47,593 nucleotides of DNA, taken from Candidatus Kapaibacterium sp. GTDB lineage: Bacteria; Bacteroidota; Ignavibacteria; Kapaibacteriales; UBA4661. Positions 17,914 to 28,300 of the stretch are shown here, in pieces. The translations under genes were made by a program, and so were the position numbers. The stretch covers positions 1 through 47,593 of the forward strand of contig JANYDO010000359.1 of the NCBI GenBank assembly GCA_025363605.1. Reading direction: 5' to 3'. Below the pieces are notes generated by a model. That model was not told where the DNA came from and ran no database searches. It saw nothing but the letters and a program-made list of their open reading frames with translations. Position 1 is the first letter of the stretch. Each line of letters opens with the position of its first letter.

Positions 17914-18188
17914 ATGCGCGTTACACAACACCATCTTGATACCATTGTCAAATGGGCAAAGCATTACGGCGCACGGAAGGTTATTCTCTTCGGTTCTGCA
18001 CTTGAAACGCCCGATGATGCGAACGATATTGATATTGCTTGCGATATGAAGGGATTGGGAATATTTGCTTTTGCGGGAAAATTGAAGAAGAACTGCGCGT
18101 ACCGATAGATGTAGTGCCACTCACACCGCGCAATTACTTTGTGGAGCTTGTTGAAGAGCGTGGAAAGGTGCTGTATGAAACTCTCTGA
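17914..18188 (+). pseudogene. Minimal nucleotidyltransferase (MNT) antitoxin with a -1 frameshift
   Basis: VILFGS...DIDIA motif. After GCG GGA AAA (18073-18081) the -1 frame continues IEEELRVPIDVVPLTPRNYFVELVEERGKVLYETL*, the expected MNT C-terminus. Confidence 0.8.
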
Positions 18189-18255
18189 CCTACAAAAAGA
18201 TATTTTTATTTCAAGACTTCCAACTCCGCCTCCAATCCCATCTCCAAACACTTGA
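18175..18255 (+). pseudogene. Possible remnant of the cognate HEPN toxin start
   Basis: ATG overlapping the MNT end (MKLSDLQKDI...) decays into Pro-rich sequence and stops after 26 aa. Assignment is by position only. Confidence 0.35.
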
Positions 18256-18270
18256 AGCGTAATTTCCTCT

Positions 18271-21200
18271 ATGTCTAATAACTTCACTCGCGAACAAAAA
18301 ATCGCCCAAAGCGCCGATCGTCACTTGGCTGTCACTGCCGGTGCGGGCGCAGGCAAGACAAGCGTTCTGGTGCAACGCTTCGCCTATCTGCTTTTTGACG
18401 ACATTCTTCGTGCCGATGTGCGGAATATCACGGCTATCACCTTCACACGCAAAGCCGCCGCCGAGATGCACCACCGCGTTAGTCAAGAAATTGAGAAGCG
18501 CCTTGCTAACCCTGAGTATAAGCCGCAATGGGGGCGTATTAAAGCTGTCCGGGAGCGCTTTTCAAGTGCCAATATTTCCACCATTCATAGCTTTTGTGCG
18601 CGGTTGCTGCGTGAATTTCCCATCGAAGCGGGTGTGAACCCGAACTTCACTGAGCTTGAGGAACACGAAGGCGTACAGATGAAGGAACACGCCATTATGG
18701 AGACGCTAGAAGAATGGTTGGAGGCAAAAGAAGAAAGCAAAACGATAAAAGCGAAAGGGAAGAAAAGTGCTGAAGATGACGTACATGAGCCGTCCGAAAA
18801 GCAAATTGCCGCACGGCGTGTCTGGATGCTCTTCGGCAAAAGAGATTTGGTGGAAATGCTCAAAACCTTGCTTGGAAGCGCCGAGCGTTTCAACGAACTG
18901 GAGGAACTCTACCGCCAGCACAGTATTGACGCGCTCTTGCAGATAACCGAAGAAATGTTTGTGTCGCGTTTTTTTACGACAGCCCAGCAGTATTGCGCGA
19001 CACTGGATGGCGCTTTGCGCACACTTGATTTTGATGCGTTTTCCGCCACAACGCGCCCAAAACTGGACGCACTCGACAGCACGTTGGGAATCCTTCAAAA
19101 CCAACTGACGAGACTGCAAGAATCCGCTACTGAAGCGCCTTCGCAGCAAACATGGCGCACGGCACAAGATTTCTGGCAACGCTTCTGTTCAGTGATATTT
19201 GAAAACGGCTTAATCTCGAAGTCCACCGGTACGATAAGCGGAACGAGTGTCAATAAAAAATCTGAGAAAAATTTCTTGAACCGTGACCGTTACGTGCTTT
19301 TGAACTCAGAAGCAAACGCGCTTTTCGTTGATGTGGCTCAGATGGCATCGGTCATTCCTCATTCCACGCATGACCGCGCGATGCTGGAAATTATCCATAT
19401 CCTGCTTGGTATTGCCCGTGAAGCATGGACGCTTGTGCGCGAGGAAAAAGAGCGTTTGGGAGCGCTTGATTTTGACGATTTGGAACTCAAGGTAGATAAG
19501 CTCTTGGATAATGAAGATGTTTGCTCCCGAATCCGCATGAAAACACGCTTTCTGATGATGGATGAGTTCCAAGACACCAACGAATTGCAATATCGTCTGG
19601 CAAAAAAAATCATCGGTCGGCTTGGTGAGCAAACTCTTGGTGAGCAAACTCCTCGTGAGCAAGCTGCTCGTGAGCAAGCTGCTCCCGACGAGGAAATATC
19701 AGCCTCCGGCACAAATTTGTTTATTGTCGGCGACCCCAAGCAAAGTATCTACCGCTTTCGTGGTGCGGACGTGCGCGTTTTTGCCAAAGCAAAGCGTGAT
19801 ATTGAGGCACTCAACAAGCGTTTTCTTGCCGCAGGGCAGATTGCGCCGGACTTTCGGACACCTCTTGGCAATATGCCAGCACTCAGCGAAATGGAGAAAG
19901 CAGGAAACATAGGGCTTCGCGCTACCTTTCGCCTTGTGCCGGAAATTGCTGCCTTTGTTAATTGCGTCTGCGGCGACCAGCTACGCCGCACAAAGACGGA
20001 GTTTGATGTTGAGTATGACGATATTGTCTGCGGTGTGGGGTCGTCTCAGTTGCAAGGCACTGTTACGATGCTCCTTGCGCGGTATCCTTATTCAAAAAAT
20101 GCTTCGAGTGCGGAAGCGGCTTCAGTCGAGAGCGAAGCAGATTCGGGCGGAGAGAGCGATGGAGAGAATGAAGAGTCGTTTATTTCCGATGCCCAACTTC
20201 TTGCTGAGTATTTTCGCGCTATTGCCGACGGTACGACTGCGGAGCCAGTGATGGTGCGTTCTACCGACGGTACACCGCGTCCGGCTCTCTACAGCGATAT
20301 GATGATTCTCATGCGCTCACGAAACGGCATGGAGAGCCTACTTGCAGCGCTTCGTCGCTGTAATGTTCCCTTTCTGGTCGTGGGAGGGCGGGGATTTTAT
20401 GAGCGGCAAGAAATTCTGGATATTCGCTCGTTTTTGCTCTTTTTGCAAAATGCCAACGACGACATCGCGCTTGCTGCCTTGCTGCGGTCGCCTTTTTTTG
20501 CTGTTAGCGATACCGAACTGTATGGCATTAGCCGCACAGAGGTCAGCGCCAGCGACGGAAGCGGCGTGAATTCGCTCTGGGAGCGCTTTGGCGAGTATTG
20601 CGGTAGCCAAGCAACAAGTGAGAACGCTCGCCGTGCATACGCCACACTCACGAACTTACTGCCTCTGGCTGCACAGCTATCCATACCAACTCTTATCCGC
20701 ACTATTTTGGAGCAAACCGCATGGCGGGCGATGATTGCTGCCGACGAGCGCTTCGACCAGATTGAGGCAAATTTGGAAAAGTTGCTTGTTATTGCCCGCA
20801 GATACGAAAACAAGGGCTTTCGTAATTTGTACGATTTTGCTGAAGAACTGCGCCGTTTGGCGCTCTATGCTTTCAATGAAGGTGAGGCAGATTCCGGCGC
20901 AACGAAAAATGCGGTGCAGATATTCACCATTCACGGTGCAAAAGGCTTAGAAGCGCCTATCGTGGCGGTGTACAACGCTAATTCCGGTTCGGGTGGTTTC
21001 GGAGGTGGTTTGTCCTTCGATACAGCGCTTGGAATGTCCTTCAAAATGCTTCGTGCCCGCGAAGACGGTACGATGGAGCATCTCTCCACGCCGCTTTATC
21101 ATATTGCTTCCGAGAAAGACCGTCTTGCCGAAGAAGCCGAATCCAAGCGTCTGCTCTATGTGGCACTGACGCGAGCAAAAGACCATTTAATCATTGCCGG

Positions 21201-22362
21201 AAAATGTCAGGAAACCGCTAAAGGCGATATGAAAAAGCCGCAAGGCTTCTTGTGGATGATGTTGGAAAGTCTGAACGCGGAGGGAAAGAATCTTCTGGTG
21301 CTGCCTTCTCTCGACTTTCCGATGCAGAAATTGGACATTTTGCAGGGTGAAGAGTTTACCCAGCGCGAGGTGCAATTTCGTATTCCCATCATTCGTGCGC
21401 GGGAGCAGTTTTTGGCGGATTTTTCTTCCGCCGCAGATCCTCACACTCCGTACAACGAGGAACGTCAACACAACAAGGAACGTCAACGAAATATAGACGG
21501 TATTTCCGTTGAATCACTTGCGGCAGTTCAAAATCTCAGTGCAGTCGTCCATCTTCCGCCAATGCTGCTTGGCACGCTTTCCAGCAGCATCGAAGGCGAT
21601 TTTTATTCTGCCTCGCAGTTGCAGCTTTTTCGCCGTAATCCTGATGAATACGAGCGTCTGTACCGTCTGGGACTGCCACCGGCGGACGATGAAGGATATT
21701 TCACCGGACGAGCTTCCGGCACAGACGACGATGGCGACGAGACGCTCGGCACGACTGCGGGCGAAAGTATTCATGCGGTCTTGCAGCATTTGCCGCTCTG
21801 GATGAATACCGAAGGTGCTGTGCAGCCAAGCGAATTCCAGCGTACACTTGAGCGTGTTCTGCCCTCTACGCGCCGCACGTTCACGCCTGCACTTCATGCA
21901 CGGATTCAGCGCGAGACACAGGCTGTTGCCAGCGCACCACTTGTGCGGCGTTATGCTGAGGCGCTTTTGGGTGGGCAGTACGAATACCCAATCACGATGC
22001 CGCTTGGCGCAGATTTCCTTATCGGAGCGATAGATGTGCTTGTCAAAACGCCGTCGGGAGCGCTGGAAATATGGGACTGGAAAACGAATCGTGTCGGTGC
22101 GGGGCGTGATATGGACAGGCTCTTGGCGGAATACCGCTTGCAACTGGAAGTCTATGCGTTTGTGGCTTCATGTCTTCAGCCGGAGCAAGAATTTTTTACC
22201 ACGCGTTTGCTCTTCACGCGCCGCGCTACATCGAATGCGCAGGACGACGAATGGACGCGAACACTGGAGTTCACGCGGCTGGATATGCCCGTCATTGAGG
22301 AAAAAATTCAGCGCATTATCCAAGAGATTCGTGCTGTGAGCTATGGTTTGGCGGTGAGGTGA
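18271..22362 (+). CDS. AddA/UvrD-like ATP-dependent helicase with C-terminal PD-(D/E)XK nuclease
   Basis: AGAGAGKT, ITFTRKAA, MDEFQDTN, VGDPKQSIYRFRGAD, TIHGAKGLE and YVALTRAK; nuclease motifs GAIDVL...WDWKT...QLEVY. Confidence 0.92.
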   Translation: MSNNFTREQKIAQSADRHLAVTAGAGAGKTSVLVQRFAYLLFDDILRADVRNITAITFTRKAAAEMHHRVSQEIEKRLANPEYKPQWGRIKAVRERFSSANISTIHSFCARLLREFPIEAGVNPNFTELEEHEGVQMKEHAIMETLEEWLEAKEESKTIKAKGKKSAEDDVHEPSEKQIAARRVWMLFGKRDLVEMLKTLLGSAERFNELEELYRQHSIDALLQITEEMFVSRFFTTAQQYCATLDGALRTLDFDAFSATTRPKLDALDSTLGILQNQLTRLQESATEAPSQQTWRTAQDFWQRFCSVIFENGLISKSTGTISGTSVNKKSEKNFLNRDRYVLLNSEANALFVDVAQMASVIPHSTHDRAMLEIIHILLGIAREAWTLVREEKERLGALDFDDLELKVDKLLDNEDVCSRIRMKTRFLMMDEFQDTNELQYRLAKKIIGRLGEQTLGEQTPREQAAREQAAPDEEISASGTNLFIVGDPKQSIYRFRGADVRVFAKAKRDIEALNKRFLAAGQIAPDFRTPLGNMPALSEMEKAGNIGLRATFRLVPEIAAFVNCVCGDQLRRTKTEFDVEYDDIVCGVGSSQLQGTVTMLLARYPYSKNASSAEAASVESEADSGGESDGENEESFISDAQLLAEYFRAIADGTTAEPVMVRSTDGTPRPALYSDMMILMRSRNGMESLLAALRRCNVPFLVVGGRGFYERQEILDIRSFLLFLQNANDDIALAALLRSPFFAVSDTELYGISRTEVSASDGSGVNSLWERFGEYCGSQATSENARRAYATLTNLLPLAAQLSIPTLIRTILEQTAWRAMIAADERFDQIEANLEKLLVIARRYENKGFRNLYDFAEELRRLALYAFNEGEADSGATKNAVQIFTIHGAKGLEAPIVAVYNANSGSGGFGGGLSFDTALGMSFKMLRAREDGTMEHLSTPLYHIASEKDRLAEEAESKRLLYVALTRAKDHLIIAGKCQETAKGDMKKPQGFLWMMLESLNAEGKNLLVLPSLDFPMQKLDILQGEEFTQREVQFRIPIIRAREQFLADFSSAADPHTPYNEERQHNKERQRNIDGISVESLAAVQNLSAVVHLPPMLLGTLSSSIEGDFYSASQLQLFRRNPDEYERLYRLGLPPADDEGYFTGRASGTDDDGDETLGTTAGESIHAVLQHLPLWMNTEGAVQPSEFQRTLERVLPSTRRTFTPALHARIQRETQAVASAPLVRRYAEALLGGQYEYPITMPLGADFLIGAIDVLVKTPSGALEIWDWKTNRVGAGRDMDRLLAEYRLQLEVYAFVASCLQPEQEFFTTRLLFTRRATSNAQDDEWTRTLEFTRLDMPVIEEKIQRIIQEIRAVSYGLAVR
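19621..19680 (+). repeat. In-frame 15-bp tandem repeat, 4 copies
   Basis: CTTGGTGAGCAAACT twice, then CCTCGTGAGCAAGCT and GCTCGTGAGCAAGCT (LGEQTLGEQTPREQAAREQA). Confidence 0.8.
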
Positions 22363-22421
22363 GATTGAAAAACCTTGAATATGTCCGAGACAATATTTTC
22401 CCCATTGTACATTCGCTACAT

Positions 22422-24421
22422 ATGCTTTTACGTCTGGTAACTGCCACGTTCATTTTCCGGCTTTGGTGCGCTGTTGCCATATATTGCCTTACCTTATCGT
22501 GCTTTGCCTACGGGCAAAATACTCTGCCACGAGAACAAACACCGAAGCCAGTCACCAACGCAAAACTCCGCCACCTCGCCGATTCGCTCCAAGAGCAGGC
22601 GCTCAAGTTCTGCAAGAATACCGATAACTACGCCAGCGCAATCCCCCTTCAACTCGAGGCGCTGCATATTTGGCGCGACCTTGCCGATTCCACGAACATT
22701 GCCCGTGCGCTTGATGTTCTCTCGCGCGGCTTTGCTGCTATCGGCGACACCGACCGCGCTCGGCGCTACATAGACGAAGCACTTCTGCTTTTCGACCGCC
22801 AACACACTGTGCGTCCGTATTTGACGACACTGGTCTATCTTGCTTTATTGGAGCAGGCAAGTGGGCGGGTGAGTGCTGCTGCTGCGGCTTTAGAGCGAGC
22901 AGATGCCTACATCGTTCTGCGGCACGTTCAAGACTCGCTGCTCATCCCATCGTCGTTGTACGGGCAAAAAGCAGAGTTTGCGCTTCGTGGCGGTGATTAC
23001 GAAGCCGCGCTGAGATATAATGCAATCTCGGCACGACTTTTCGCCTTGAAGAAAACAAACGCAAGCGCGACGAATCAAGGAGCAAATAAATGTGCCGAAG
23101 CAGTCTTTCTTGCTCGTGTGTGGTGCGCACAGGGCAGGTGGAGTGCTGCATTGCAGTTGCTCTCACCTGTACGGGCAGACAGCACTCGTGCCGGTTTGCT
23201 CAAAACATCGATTCTACTTGATTGGTACCAAACTGCCGCAAAAGCCTTTGCCGGAGCGCGGCGGTACGACTCCGCGTACGTCTATGAATGCGCCGCCCGT
23301 GCCATACACGACACCCTTCAATCCCGCACAAAAGCACAAACACTCGCTAATCTCCAAATCCGCTATGACGTAGAGCGCAAGGATGAACGCTTCCGAGCGC
23401 TTGAGCGCGAGCAACAACTGCAAAACCGCACAGTGCTATTTCTTGTCTTTGGAATTGCGCTGCTTCTTGCATTACTGCTCTTGGCGGCGTGGGCATATCG
23501 CTTAAAGCAGCGTGGAGAGCGGCTTTTGCAAGAGCGCAATCGAGAGCTTCGCGGCTTTTGCAAGAGCGCAATCGAGAGCTTCAACGACTGAACGCGGAGA
23601 AAATGGAGTTTTTAGGCGTTGTGGCGCACGACCTCAAAAATCCGCTTCTTGGTGTAAAAATGGCTGCCGAACAAATTTACAGCACCACAAACCACCACAA
23701 ACAAGCAGACGAAAGAGCGCAAATCGAAAAAGCACAAATCGAAAAAGCACAAACAATTATCCACACAACCGAAGCAATGCTCCGTGCCGTCAAAATGCTG
23801 CTCCGCGCACAGACTCCCGAACTGGACCCAAAGCATGATGCACAGCTAAGTACAGAGTCAAATGCAGAGTCAAGCACAGCAACAAATTTTTGGCTGCAAG
23901 CCCCCACCGCGTTTGATGCTGTCAAGCGCGTTCGTATTATTGTGGACGACTTTGCCGACCGTGCCGAAGCCAAAGGTATTTCGCTCGCGTTTGTATCATC
24001 CGAACCCGCTATTATACTGACGCTTGACGAAGACGCTTTCTACCGTATTGTAGAAAATCTCATTTCCAATGCCGTCAAATACTCGCCAAAACGGGCAACG
24101 GTGCATATCTGTTTGGAAAGTGCCGCCGACCCAAATGTAGATGTGGAAAGTCACCGCACAAGCCCTCAAAGGTGTTATCTTTTCGTAACAAATGAGGGCG
24201 ACGGCATCAGCCCGGAAGAGCAGGCGCAGCTTTTTCTGCCGTACAAGCAGCTTTCTGCCAGACCGACCAACGGCGAGGATTCGACGGGTTTGGGGCTTTC
24301 GATTGTCAAACGCTATGCCGAGGCGCTCGGAGGCGGCGTGCGCTGCGAAAGTAGTCTTGGGAAAGGAGCGACATTTATCGTAGATTTGCCGCAGCAATTT
24401 TCTCACTTCAAAAGCGCCTGA
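22422..24421 (+). pseudogene. TPR-containing membrane sensor histidine kinase split by a 32-bp duplication
   Basis: 5' ORF has a signal peptide, TPR-like helices and a TM segment. 3' ORF has VAHDLKNPL (H box), ENLISNAVKYS and STGLGLSIVK. The two join into one frame if one copy of 23519-23550 is removed. Confidence 0.85.
23519..23582 (+). repeat. Perfect 32-bp tandem duplication
   Basis: GCGGCTTTTGCAAGAGCGCAATCGAGAGCTTC at 23519-23550 and 23551-23582. Confidence 0.95.
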
Positions 24422-24436
24422 CGTTATTTTTGCTTT

Positions 24437-25069
24437 ATGCTTCCAATGCCGTTTCGTATCGTGCTTGCCGACGACCACGCGATGGTCAAAGAGGGAATCC
24501 GCGCTTGGCTGGAATCCGCGCCGGACATGACGATTGTGGGTGAGGCAGAATCAGGGGCTGGGACACTGGAAATAGTGCGGAGTGTGCTGCCCGATGTGCT
24601 GGTGCAAGATATTCGGCTGCCGGATATGAGCGGAATAGAAGTGGTACGGCGGATTCGCAGGGAATTTACGCCGGAGCGCCTGAAGATACTGGCACTCAGC
24701 GGCTCGGAGCAGTATTCCGCACGGAGTGTGCTGCTGGCGGGTGCAAACGGCTACTGCGCCAAAGAAGAATCCCGCGAAACCTTGCTTGAAGCCGTGCGCT
24801 GGGTTTTTGCGAGCAACGAAGAATACATCAGTCCGCTTGCCCGCAAGCACTACGAAGCAAGCGGTGAAGCTATTCGCAAAGCAAACTTGACGACAATGGA
24901 ACTCCGCGTCCTTGCTCTTCTCAAAGAGCCGAATAGCGAAATGGCAACAATACTTTCCCTCTCCGAAAAAACTGTCCGTAACTATCTTTCGACAATCTAT
25001 GCCAAGCTCTACGTGTCTTCGCGCTTTGATGCTATCAAATGGGCGGAGCGCTACGGACTCCTTGACTAG
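24437..25069 (+). CDS. NarL/LuxR-family response regulator
   Basis: LADDH, DVLVQDIRLPDMSG and GANGYCAKE receiver motifs; C-terminal LTxxE...LSEKTVRNYLSTIYAKL HTH. Confidence 0.92.
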   Translation: MLPMPFRIVLADDHAMVKEGIRAWLESAPDMTIVGEAESGAGTLEIVRSVLPDVLVQDIRLPDMSGIEVVRRIRREFTPERLKILALSGSEQYSARSVLLAGANGYCAKEESRETLLEAVRWVFASNEEYISPLARKHYEASGEAIRKANLTTMELRVLALLKEPNSEMATILSLSEKTVRNYLSTIYAKLYVSSRFDAIKWAERYGLLD

Positions 25070-25256
25070 GTCGTGAAAAAAATGTGTGAAAAAAGTCGCT
25101 TTCTTGTGCTATAAGAAGATTTGCAACGTGCGGCATATCTTATCTTTGGTATGAGCCTGTGAATCTTGGAGGGGTCGAACGGCTTTTATACTCCATCCCT
25201 GTCTCATCTGATATACCGAAAAAAAAATCTGTAAAAAAAAATGCCGCCTGCCGTAA

Positions 25257-25276
25257 ATCGGGACATTTGTCCCGAT
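25257..25276. promoter_or_regulatory. Candidate operator palindrome upstream of the IPT/TIG gene
   Basis: ATCGGGACA-TT-TGTCCCGAT, a 9-2-9 perfect inverted repeat; extra GGGACA half-site at 25308-25313. Confidence 0.55.
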
Positions 25277-25353
25277 ACTTCGTGTGTATGTTTGCTGGAG
25301 TGTTTTTGGGACACTGTTCACACTTCCTTTTTACGTTTTTTTTGGAGTTTACT

Positions 25354-28300
25354 ATGATTATGCTGTTTCGCTTCTTCCGCCCTCGAACTATCCCACTTGT
25401 GCTGCTGCTGTCGGTGTGCTGTGTGGTACTCGGTCTTGCACAGACTGCGCCGACTATTTCCAGTATCAGCCCTACCTCTGCTCCAACAGCATATTCAGAA
25501 ATTGACCCCATAACGGTCAACGTTATGAACGTTATGCCCTTTATTTCCGGCAGTTCTGGCTTTGGAGAGATACGCTATGTTCTAAGTAATTCACGTGGAG
25601 ACAGCTTGTATGGGGGTAAAGTTAGCAGACCGAGTAGTACTTTCTTGTTTCCCCTTGAAACTCCTTATAGCGGTCCTGTGAAAGTGTTTGTCTCTTCTTT
25701 ATCAAATCCGATAAATGGAGTTTTTCAATCTCTGGCTCCGGGCGATGTTTTCATAAGAATTATTGGTCAAAACGGAAGGTCAAACAGCGCAATATTTACC
25801 TATACCGATATGAGCATTGTCAGTTTTTCGCCGTCATCGGGTCCCCCGGGAACGGTTGTTACGTTAAATGTGCGCGATGGTGTTCCTATCAATAACAGTA
25901 ACGGTCTCGGGAGTTTTCGCGTATTACAGGTCAATTCACGAGGAGACACAACTGCGATAGGTTACGACGGCTCATTGCCACTCACTTCACGTGTCTATAA
26001 CGGACCATTTCAAGTTACTGTTCCGCCAATATTCTATCCAATAAGAGGTAGTAGTTATCCTACACCTTCTGGACCGCTCACCATCACGTTATCAGGTGGT
26101 CGCTATAATTCAGTGAACCCTATCGGTTCCATCAGTGGTGGTACAGCAAGTGTTGTTTTCACCGTCACCGCCCCCACCCCACCACTACCCATAATCACAA
26201 GTTTTACTCCGGCTTCGGGTACAGTCGGAACGCTCGTTACCTTAACCGGAACGGGCTTCCGTTTTGCCGGCGGTAGGCAGATTCAGTCCGTACAATTTGG
26301 CAGTGGAGCGGTTGTAACCGGTGAAAGTATCGGTGCTCAGACCGAAACGCAGTTGGTGGTACTTGTTCCGCCGGGAGCGCAGACGGGACCTATCACCATG
26401 ACGGACAATAGCGGTCGAAGAATTACCACCACCACACCGTTTACGGTCATACCCCCGGTGCCGACTATTTCAGGGTTCTCGCCCACAAGCGGTATGACAG
26501 GGGCGCTCGTGAGCATTATTGGGACGAATTTCACGGGTGCAACCAGTGTGCGCTTTGGAGGGCTTTCTGCCAATTTGTTTGATGTCAATACGGACGGGAC
26601 ACTCATTGCAGTAACAGTTCCGGCGCTTGCGTCGAGCGGCACTATCAGCGTTACCACGCCAGGCGGCACGGCGACAAGCGCAAATGGCTTTACCATTAGT
26701 GCGCCCGCACCGACCATCACCGCTTTCACGCCCACAGGCGGCATTCCGGGCGCGGTTATCACTATCTCCGGCACGAACTTCACGGGTGCTACAGCTGTGC
26801 GGTTAGGCGGAATAAACGTGCCGTTTACCGCCATAAGCCCAACGCAAATCACCGCTACCGTTACCGATGCCGGGGGTTCGGGTGTTATCACCGTTATTAC
26901 TCCAAGCGGCACCGCCACTTCCGGCACATCGTTTACGTTCATGCTGCCGTCGCCCGTGATAAGCAGTTTCACGCCCACAAGCGGTGGTATCGGCACGAGT
27001 GTCGTTCTTTCCGGCAGCAATTTTACGACTGTTAGCCGTGTTTTCTTCGGTTCGTTTTCCGCACAGGCATTTTCGATTGACAGCGACACGCAAATCACCG
27101 CCATTGTGCCGAATTTTGTTACCACAGCAACGATTATACTCCAGTCGCCACGCGGCACGGCTATTTCGGCAACGCCCTTTACTTATGTGCCGGGAGCGCC
27201 CATTATTAGCGGCATTACCCCAACCGGTGCCCCGGCGGAAACACTTATCACTATTCAAGGCTCCGGGCTGACGGGCGCAACGAATGTACTGTTTACAAGC
27301 ACCACTTTCCCAAGCGGCATCAGTGTTACGCCGACGGTTGTGAGCGATAGAATAATTCGCGTGAGTGTACCCATTAGTGCGTCATCGGGTCCTGTTACCG
27401 TTACCACGCCACGCGGCACGGTGACAAGCGCCTTTGATTTTGTTGTAACGCTGGTAGTCAATGCCCGCTACTTTACGCCTGCTTCCGGCGCAGTCGGCAC
27501 AAATGTTGTCGTGAGTGGTTCACAGCTCGCGGGAGCAACATCGGTGCGCTTTGGCGATGTGGAAGCACCGATTCTGAGCAATACCGATTCGCAAATCCAA
27601 ACCCGTGTTCCGGCAGTCGTAAGCGGGCGTGTGCCAATCATCGTCCGTACTCCATCGGGAGTCGGAACGCCGCCGTACGCGCTCTTTTCCGTGAGCGCCA
27701 CGCCTTCGCTGACAGGCTTTGCTCCGGCAAGCGGCGCGGTGCTTGCAAGCGTGGTGCTGACGGGAAGCAATTTCACGGGTGCAACAGCAGTGAAATTCGG
27801 CTCTACGCCAGCAACAGCTTTTACGGTCAATAGCGGAACGCAAATCACCGCCACTGTTCCGGCAGACGCAGCTACGGGCGTTATCAGTGTCGTTACGCCA
27901 AGCGGCACTGCCGCTTCGGGCGCACCCTTTACGATTATTACTGCGCCGAATATTGTCCGCCTGAGTCCGGGAAGCGGCTCGGTGGGAACAACGCTGGCAA
28001 TCGTTGGCGTGGGCTTCACGGGTGTAAGCAGCGTCAGTATTGGTGCTGCGCTGATGACTTTTACGGTCAATAGCGACGGACAAATTACGGCTACGCTTCC
28101 GGCTGGCGCACTGGCGGGTATTGTGAGCGTTACCACGCCGGGCGGCACGGCGCGGTCAGCCTCGCCCTTTACTATCCTTCCCCCAACGCCCACGATAAGC
28201 GGCTTCGCGCCACCTTCGGCGCTTGCCGGGGCAGTGATTACTATCAATGGTACGAATTTCACAGGTGCAACGGCGGTGAGCTTTGGCACAACGCCCGCAG

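Noticed and set aside
25159-25353. 65-codon upstream extension of the large secreted protein
   Set aside because: Contains A/T tracts and the operator palindrome; the signal peptide and GGAG indicate a start at 25354.
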